Source of the DNA: a virus
Lineage: Duplodnaviria > Heunggongvirae > Uroviricota > Caudoviricetes
IMG/VR virus record: IMGVR_UViG_2541047817_000001
Span: 1-42,069 of that record
DNA: 42,069 bases
Reading direction: 5' to 3' (one strand)
Notes under the pieces: generated by a model
Told to the model about the DNA's origin: nothing
Databases searched by the model: none
Seen by the model: the letters and a program-made list of their open reading frames with translations, nothing else
Part shown: positions 37,622-42,069 of the stretch, one piece after another
How the letters are laid out: every line of letters begins with the position of its first letter
How positions within the stretch are numbered: the stretch's first letter is position 1
Made by a program: the position numbers and the translations under genes

Positions 37622-38010
37622 TATCCCAGTACCAGAAAATCACCTGTTTCAGTTGCGGCTGAAGTTGATATAGTCCTTGCAGCACAAATGGCCTTTAATT
37701 CTGTTTTTGTTAGTTCTGACACTCCCCAGGAATTAATACCTATTGGGCCTGTGGATACTGCGGTTTTTTCAGCAATAAATGCCATAAATGCAGAATTTGG
37801 AAAAGCAATAGGATAACTTCCTGTTGCAACACCAGTTTTACTATCAGAAGGTCCGATTCTTCCCCATTGGATAATAAAAGACTTCCCCTCTATAACAGGG
37901 ATTTTTATCCAGCCAGATGATGATAAAGAGCCACTAATCGCAGGCAATTTGGCCGCTTCTCCCAAACCAACGTTTATGAAAATGCAGAAATAACGAGAAA
38001 ATGGCATCAT
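37618..38010 (-). CDS. Alternative tail fibre variable C-terminal segment (silent in the current orientation)
   Basis: Its N-terminal region (NVGLGEAAKLP) parallels the tail fibre junction ([11 protein letters not shown]); the ORF starts at the right recombination site. Confidence 0.65.
   Translation of the reverse strand: MMPFSRYFCIFINVGLGEAAKLPAISGSLSSSGWIKIPVIEGKSFIIQWGRIGPSDSKTGVATGSYPIAFPNSAFMAFIAEKTAVSTGPIGINSWGVSELTKTELKAICAARTISTSAATETGDFLVLGY
37957..37982. repeat. Right hix/gix-like recombination site of the invertible segment
   Basis: TTCTCCCAAACC-AA-CGTTTATGAAAA, in inverted orientation relative to the left site. Confidence 0.6.
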
Positions 38011-38036
38011 TCCTGCTTTTGTCAGAGGGAGCTACC

Positions 38037-38228
38037 ATGCTTATTGGCTATGTTTTCGTATCAACAAATGACCAGAAAATCGATCTACAACGTAATGCGT
38101 TGAACTGTGCAGGATGCGAGCTGATTTTTGAAGACAAGATAAGCAGTACAAAGTCCGAGAGCCTAGGGCTGACACTGCTGTTCTTGATGCAAATTAAAGG
38201 ATTTAATAGTGAGTTGTGGCCTTACTAA
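38037..38228 (+). pseudogene. Truncated serine DNA invertase (Pin/Gin/Hin family), N-terminal roughly 40 codons only
   Basis: MLIGYVFVSTNDQKIDLQRNALNCAGCELIFEDK matches the invertase N-terminus including the catalytic Ser motif (VSTNDQ); after about residue 41 the sequence diverges and stops at 63 aa. A full invertase is about 185-190 aa. Confidence 0.75.
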
Positions 38229-38261
38229 TGTAAGGCCGCTATAATCATTTTATTAATTGCA

Positions 38262-40151
38262 TTAATCGTGTTTTGGCCATACTTTCAATGCAATTTCCCC
38301 CAACTTTTTACCCCGCTCCAGGATTTCACCCTCATCCCATTTATCCTTAAGTATAAGTGGTATGTTCAGTCGTAGATTGGTGTGGACGATGAGAGCATCA
38401 CGTTTTTTCAGAAATACAGCATTCTGAACAGAACGGTTTACGCTAAGGTTAAGCAAAGTTAGATTTCCCAACGTAGCTATCGCTTGTTGCCGTTTCCTTA
38501 CCAGTAGCTGCTCAGGGGTAAGATCTGTTCCAGACAGAACAATTTGGTTCAATACCGTTGCATCTGAATTTGTCACCATATGACCATTTTCGAGAGGCCA
38601 ACAGGAATACCAACTTTGAGGCATAAGATGATCGATATCGAGATTGGAAAGATTTGGAACATCAGGCTTCTCTGTCTTCACTTGGCGACAAAGTTCTCTT
38701 TCAAGTTCCGTTAACATTGAGCGCATTTTCGGTGCGTCGAGCCTGCCAGGATAAAGTGGAGCATTGATGCAAGCATTGAGAAATTCTGAGTCACCAGGCC
38801 AACGTGAGGCTTCGCCATTTAAGCTATTGAGGATATTACGTAACTCAACACTGGAAATTTCCGTTTTAGACAAGTGCCGCAATACATTCATAAATACATT
38901 GTTGTAATTCTTTGGCGTCAGGCCACATACGGCTCTTCGTACTACGTAGGAGACAAGATCATTATACATGGCTGCTTTCTCATCATCGGCGATATTAGCT
39001 ATCGAAATGAACAAAGCAAGCGGATAAAGTGTCGTCACATCATAGGCTGCGATGCGATGTCCAAAGTGTGAGATGGGGGTTGTGCCAAAACCACCAACTA
39101 ATTCTTTATATTGTGATGCATATTGTTTGAGGCGCTTTACTTGCAGATCAGCTCGTTGTGAAGGCAAGTCCTTACTTACATAATCACGATACTCATTGTA
39201 AAGACGAGACAGATCAATTTCACGTTGCCTTTCTGATTGCAATGTCGCATGCACTAGCCACTCCATGCGTGGTTTATTAATACGTCCACGGCGTTGCCTT
39301 TCCGACCAGTATGTATCTTCAAAGCTCTTCCACTCATTTTCATATAATTCAATAGCATTAATATTTTCATGCTCAGCGCACATAAAGATGTAGTTGCGAA
39401 TAAGATCCGTGGCATGAAGTTCCGCCCCTCGGCCATTTAATGTTTCAAAAATTATTTGGGCATCATCTTCAGCTTCGAGAAATATGCTTACCAGTTTCAG
39501 ATCCGTCAAGACAGCCTCAATTAGTGCTACAGCATTTTCATGTGGTGAGTACTTTTCTATTTTAATCCATTTTATAAAGGCTTCAGTAAAAAACCATAAT
39601 GCCTCTAGTGACGGCGGGTGGTTGAAATGTTTACGTAACGTACCATGTTGCGTGAAACTATCAGAAAATACATCACGGAGATCGTCAATATTTTCAACAT
39701 TAAAACTTTGAATAAAATGAGTTTGGTCTCGAAAAGTTGGCCACAGTTTGAAGCATTCTACCTTTTTATTTCGCATAGTTGCTTCGTTTGTATTTTTCAA
39801 GCAAGTCAATACTAACCCTTCCAAATCAGAAAGGCCTGTAGCACGCAATGATAATCGAATGGATGCCAGAATATATTGAAGAGTGGTTAAACGTTGCTGG
39901 CCGTCAATAATATGTATGGTATCTACACCTAACAAGCTGTTTTTGAGTTGAGGTTCCAGCACCACCGCGCCAAGGAAATGGGGAGTTGGTTTTGTTCCCA
40001 AAAGTCGGCTATGTGCTTTTTCGAAGATATCCTCCAGCAAAGCTGACCATTGGTTTTGTTGCGTCCATACGTAGGCACGTTGATAGAATGGAACACGATA
40101 TTGTCGTTGATTTTGGAAAAGTTGCTGGATGGTTAGCGTTTCGGATTTCAT
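38262..40151 (-). CDS. GmrSD-like type IV (modification-dependent) restriction endonuclease, fused DUF262 + DUF1524 (629 aa)
   Basis: N-terminal DUF262/ParB-like motif IIDGQQRLTTLQ (DGQQR); C-terminal DUF1524 His-Me finger-like motifs (DIDHLMPQSW, LGNLTLLNLSVNRS). Confidence 0.8.
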   Translation of the reverse strand: MKSETLTIQQLFQNQRQYRVPFYQRAYVWTQQNQWSALLEDIFEKAHSRLLGTKPTPHFLGAVVLEPQLKNSLLGVDTIHIIDGQQRLTTLQYILASIRLSLRATGLSDLEGLVLTCLKNTNEATMRNKKVECFKLWPTFRDQTHFIQSFNVENIDDLRDVFSDSFTQHGTLRKHFNHPPSLEALWFFTEAFIKWIKIEKYSPHENAVALIEAVLTDLKLVSIFLEAEDDAQIIFETLNGRGAELHATDLIRNYIFMCAEHENINAIELYENEWKSFEDTYWSERQRRGRINKPRMEWLVHATLQSERQREIDLSRLYNEYRDYVSKDLPSQRADLQVKRLKQYASQYKELVGGFGTTPISHFGHRIAAYDVTTLYPLALFISIANIADDEKAAMYNDLVSYVVRRAVCGLTPKNYNNVFMNVLRHLSKTEISSVELRNILNSLNGEASRWPGDSEFLNACINAPLYPGRLDAPKMRSMLTELERELCRQVKTEKPDVPNLSNLDIDHLMPQSWYSCWPLENGHMVTNSDATVLNQIVLSGTDLTPEQLLVRKRQQAIATLGNLTLLNLSVNRSVQNAVFLKKRDALIVHTNLRLNIPLILKDKWDEGEILERGKKLGEIALKVWPKHD

Positions 40152-40736
40152 TGTTTACCTATAAGTGACATTCCACAAGAGTAAGAAATTAATCTGAGTC
40201 AGAATAATCATTTTTATGTAGTCATGATACAGTGTATTTGTTGCTGGTGAAGTAAAAACGAGAAATCCCGCTTTTGAATGCTGACGTGCTACGGTTTCAT
40301 TGGATATTCTCTTTTGTCTGTTCTCCATTGCGTCGGTGTTTTTTCGAGATTGTTAGCACATTGTTGCTGCTGTTTTTTTATCCAAGCGCTGCTAAATCAT
40401 TGTAGATGGCACTATCGGGTATTGAAGCTGCAGACATGTCGTATACAATAGTCAGCTGCGGCTGGCTGGTGAACTTCCGATAGTGCTAGTATTGAATTAT
40501 GTCAAGCCGTTATCGATTTTACGTATTTTTTGTATGAGAGGATTTGCACCTCCTCCCACCGCTCCTCCATGACTTTACGCCACTGTCTCTAGGGCTGCTA
40601 AGTGCCAGGAACAGACATTGGTGGTATGCAGGGTCAGAGGGGAATAAAAAACTTATTATATTGATCAAGATGGGGCTATTCTTCGCAACTTAAGCCGATA
40701 TAATACAGATCAAGTGTGCTCTTTTAGGGTTCCATA

Positions 40737-41672
40737 TTGATTAACAGAAAATTAATCAGGGAGATAAGCTTGAGCGAATCCACTATAATCCTTGCTAAAG
40801 AATCAATTTCAGATGGACGTGAAGTAAACGAGATAAATGAAATAAGACCCCTTAATAATGAGGAAATTGAAGTGTATGATACACAAAAAAATATACTTAT
40901 GGAGTTTGTGAATGATTTTGCCTTAGTAGAATATGTAAGATTGAACTATGAGTCACTAATGGAACTTCTGGATGAAACGGTTAAAAAAGTAGCCGAAGAA
41001 CCTTCTTTTATTGGTTCATATCCCTTCAAAACCTTCAAATTCTTTTTAAATACAAGAATACTGAACTATATGATGTCAGTGAAAACTTTACTTGACCATA
41101 TGGAAACCAGTATTAACAGGAGGTATGGGGCTAATTCAACGGAATTTGTCGAGTTTAAAACGCTGACGGGAAATGAATTTGATAGCAAGTTTTCATATAG
41201 ATTCATGTATAAGCTCAGAAATTTTGTTCAGCATTGTGGAATGCCACCACTTTCGTACACGATATCAAAATCACTTGATGAAACCAGTAGTACTTTAATT
41301 GTAGAGTTAATCGTATATTTCATGAGAGATGAATTGATTCGTGGATTTTCTAAGTGGGGGAGTCAGGTAAAGACTGACCTGACACAGATGGATGAATCTT
41401 TCCCAATAATGCCGATTTTTAATGAGCACATCAATTCTATTTTCAAAGTGTATATTCTATTCAATGAAAAATATCACATCACAAAAGCTTTAAAAGCAAA
41501 AGAATTCATAATAAACTTCATTGGAGAGAGAGAGGATTATATTGATGATGAATACATTATCGCAGAACTAAAAAATACACAAACAGGTTTGAGTATAAAC
41601 AAAAAAACCATTCCTACATCAGCGCTTGAGAAAATATCCGATTTTTACAGAATAAAAGAATACCTATTTTAG
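40737..41672 (+). CDS. AT-rich hypothetical protein (311 aa) with an Rx4H HEPN-like motif; candidate Abi-like effector
   Basis: Visibly AT-rich ORF; motif RNFVQH (residues 161-166) fits the HEPN Rx4-6H signature. Start is a non-ATG (TTG) in the ORF track, so the true N-terminus is uncertain. Confidence 0.5.
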   Translation: MINRKLIREISLSESTIILAKESISDGREVNEINEIRPLNNEEIEVYDTQKNILMEFVNDFALVEYVRLNYESLMELLDETVKKVAEEPSFIGSYPFKTFKFFLNTRILNYMMSVKTLLDHMETSINRRYGANSTEFVEFKTLTGNEFDSKFSYRFMYKLRNFVQHCGMPPLSYTISKSLDETSSTLIVELIVYFMRDELIRGFSKWGSQVKTDLTQMDESFPIMPIFNEHINSIFKVYILFNEKYHITKALKAKEFIINFIGEREDYIDDEYIIAELKNTQTGLSINKKTIPTSALEKISDFYRIKEYLF

Positions 41673-42069
41673 CAATGGACATGGCTTAGAGAAACTAACA
41701 CATTTTTACAGAGAAAGCCGCGGATATCACTGGTTGCGCTAACATATTTTTCGAACTATGTGTAATTGTATTCGCTGCCTGAGACTGAGTATCGGCAGGT
41801 CACCAGCACGTTTTCCATTATAGATGGCGTGACCTGCTCCCCACTGATTAATACGCCTCAATGCCAGTCATGTTGTTGAGGCTGCCAATGTCCGCATCTC
41901 GCTCATAACACATTCACTACAGTTATGGTAGAAGGTATGCATGCTGGGTGGGGAAAGTATGAAGGAAAAGAAGACTGCTGCGCCGTTTGTTGTCACATTT
42001 ATCTTCATTGGCTATGCAAGTCGTAATACAAGGTGGGACAAAACTGAGACACATAAGGCCTCGCAATGA

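Larger units (their letters stand above)
36051..37982. mobile_element. Gin/Pin-type invertible tail-fibre segment (host-range switch)
   Basis: Inverted 26-bp sites flank convergent Sv/Tfa and Tfa'/Sv' gene pairs, with an invertase gene remnant immediately to the right. Confidence 0.6.
1445..42069. mobile_element. Mosaic prophage integrated at thrW (left end at the tRNA; right end / attR not seen in the window)
   Basis: An integrase lies immediately 3' of the tRNA in opposite orientation, followed by a continuous run of phage modules (immunity, replication, Q, lysis, packaging, head, tail, tail fibre). No second copy of the tRNA 3' end was found downstream, so the right boundary is undetermined. 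Confidence 0.85.

Noticed and set aside
40152-40736. Cys-rich 58-aa ORF in the GmrSD / HEPN-like intergenic region
   Set aside because: It has implausible composition (CCCC run, no ribosome-binding site). The region is better treated as promoter-containing intergenic DNA.
1445-42069. Insertion sequence or transposase, or Mu-type transposition genes, accompanying the Mu-like tail
   Set aside because: No transposase-like or MuA/MuB-like ORF is present. The element uses a tyrosine integrase at a tRNA site.

Overview
Enterobacterial (E. coli-like) chromosome: a complete proA gene, then tRNA-Thr(CGU) (thrW), which is the left attachment site of a roughly 40 kb mosaic prophage that fills the rest of the window. 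The right end (attR) was not found inside the window. Prophage layout, left to right: P22-like integrase and excisionase; an early-left block colinear with K-12 CPS-53 genes yfdT/S/R/Q/P (match is by size, order and motifs, from memory); a GC-rich structured non-coding region; a cI-like repressor and Cro with GGTACA-type operators; a replication gene with internal iterons, a PerC-like regulator, a Dam-like methyltransferase, a LexA N-terminal-domain-only protein, RusA, KilA-N, DUF968 and a Q antiterminator; a lambda-type lysis cassette (holin, endolysin R, Rz with embedded Rz1); HNH endonuclease plus small and large terminase, portal, protease and major capsid (HK97-like head); a Mu-like contractile tail with a predicted -1 frameshift in the tail assembly chaperone; and a Gin/Pin-type invertible tail-fibre segment whose invertase gene is truncated. 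Four AT-rich accessory islands interrupt this backbone and are the main candidates for a novel system: (1) an orphan 144-aa gene next to the immunity region; (2) a two-gene antisense operon (4-TM membrane protein plus 294-aa protein) between Q and the holin, the classical lambdoid moron site; (3) a three-gene cassette (103 aa soluble, 128 aa 2-TM, 100 aa) between Rz and the packaging genes; (4) a GmrSD-like (DUF262 + DUF1524) type IV restriction enzyme next to the broken invertase, plus a divergent 311-aa protein with an Rx4H HEPN-like motif. All calls come from reading the sequence and the ORF track and from recalled family signatures; no database search or computation was run.
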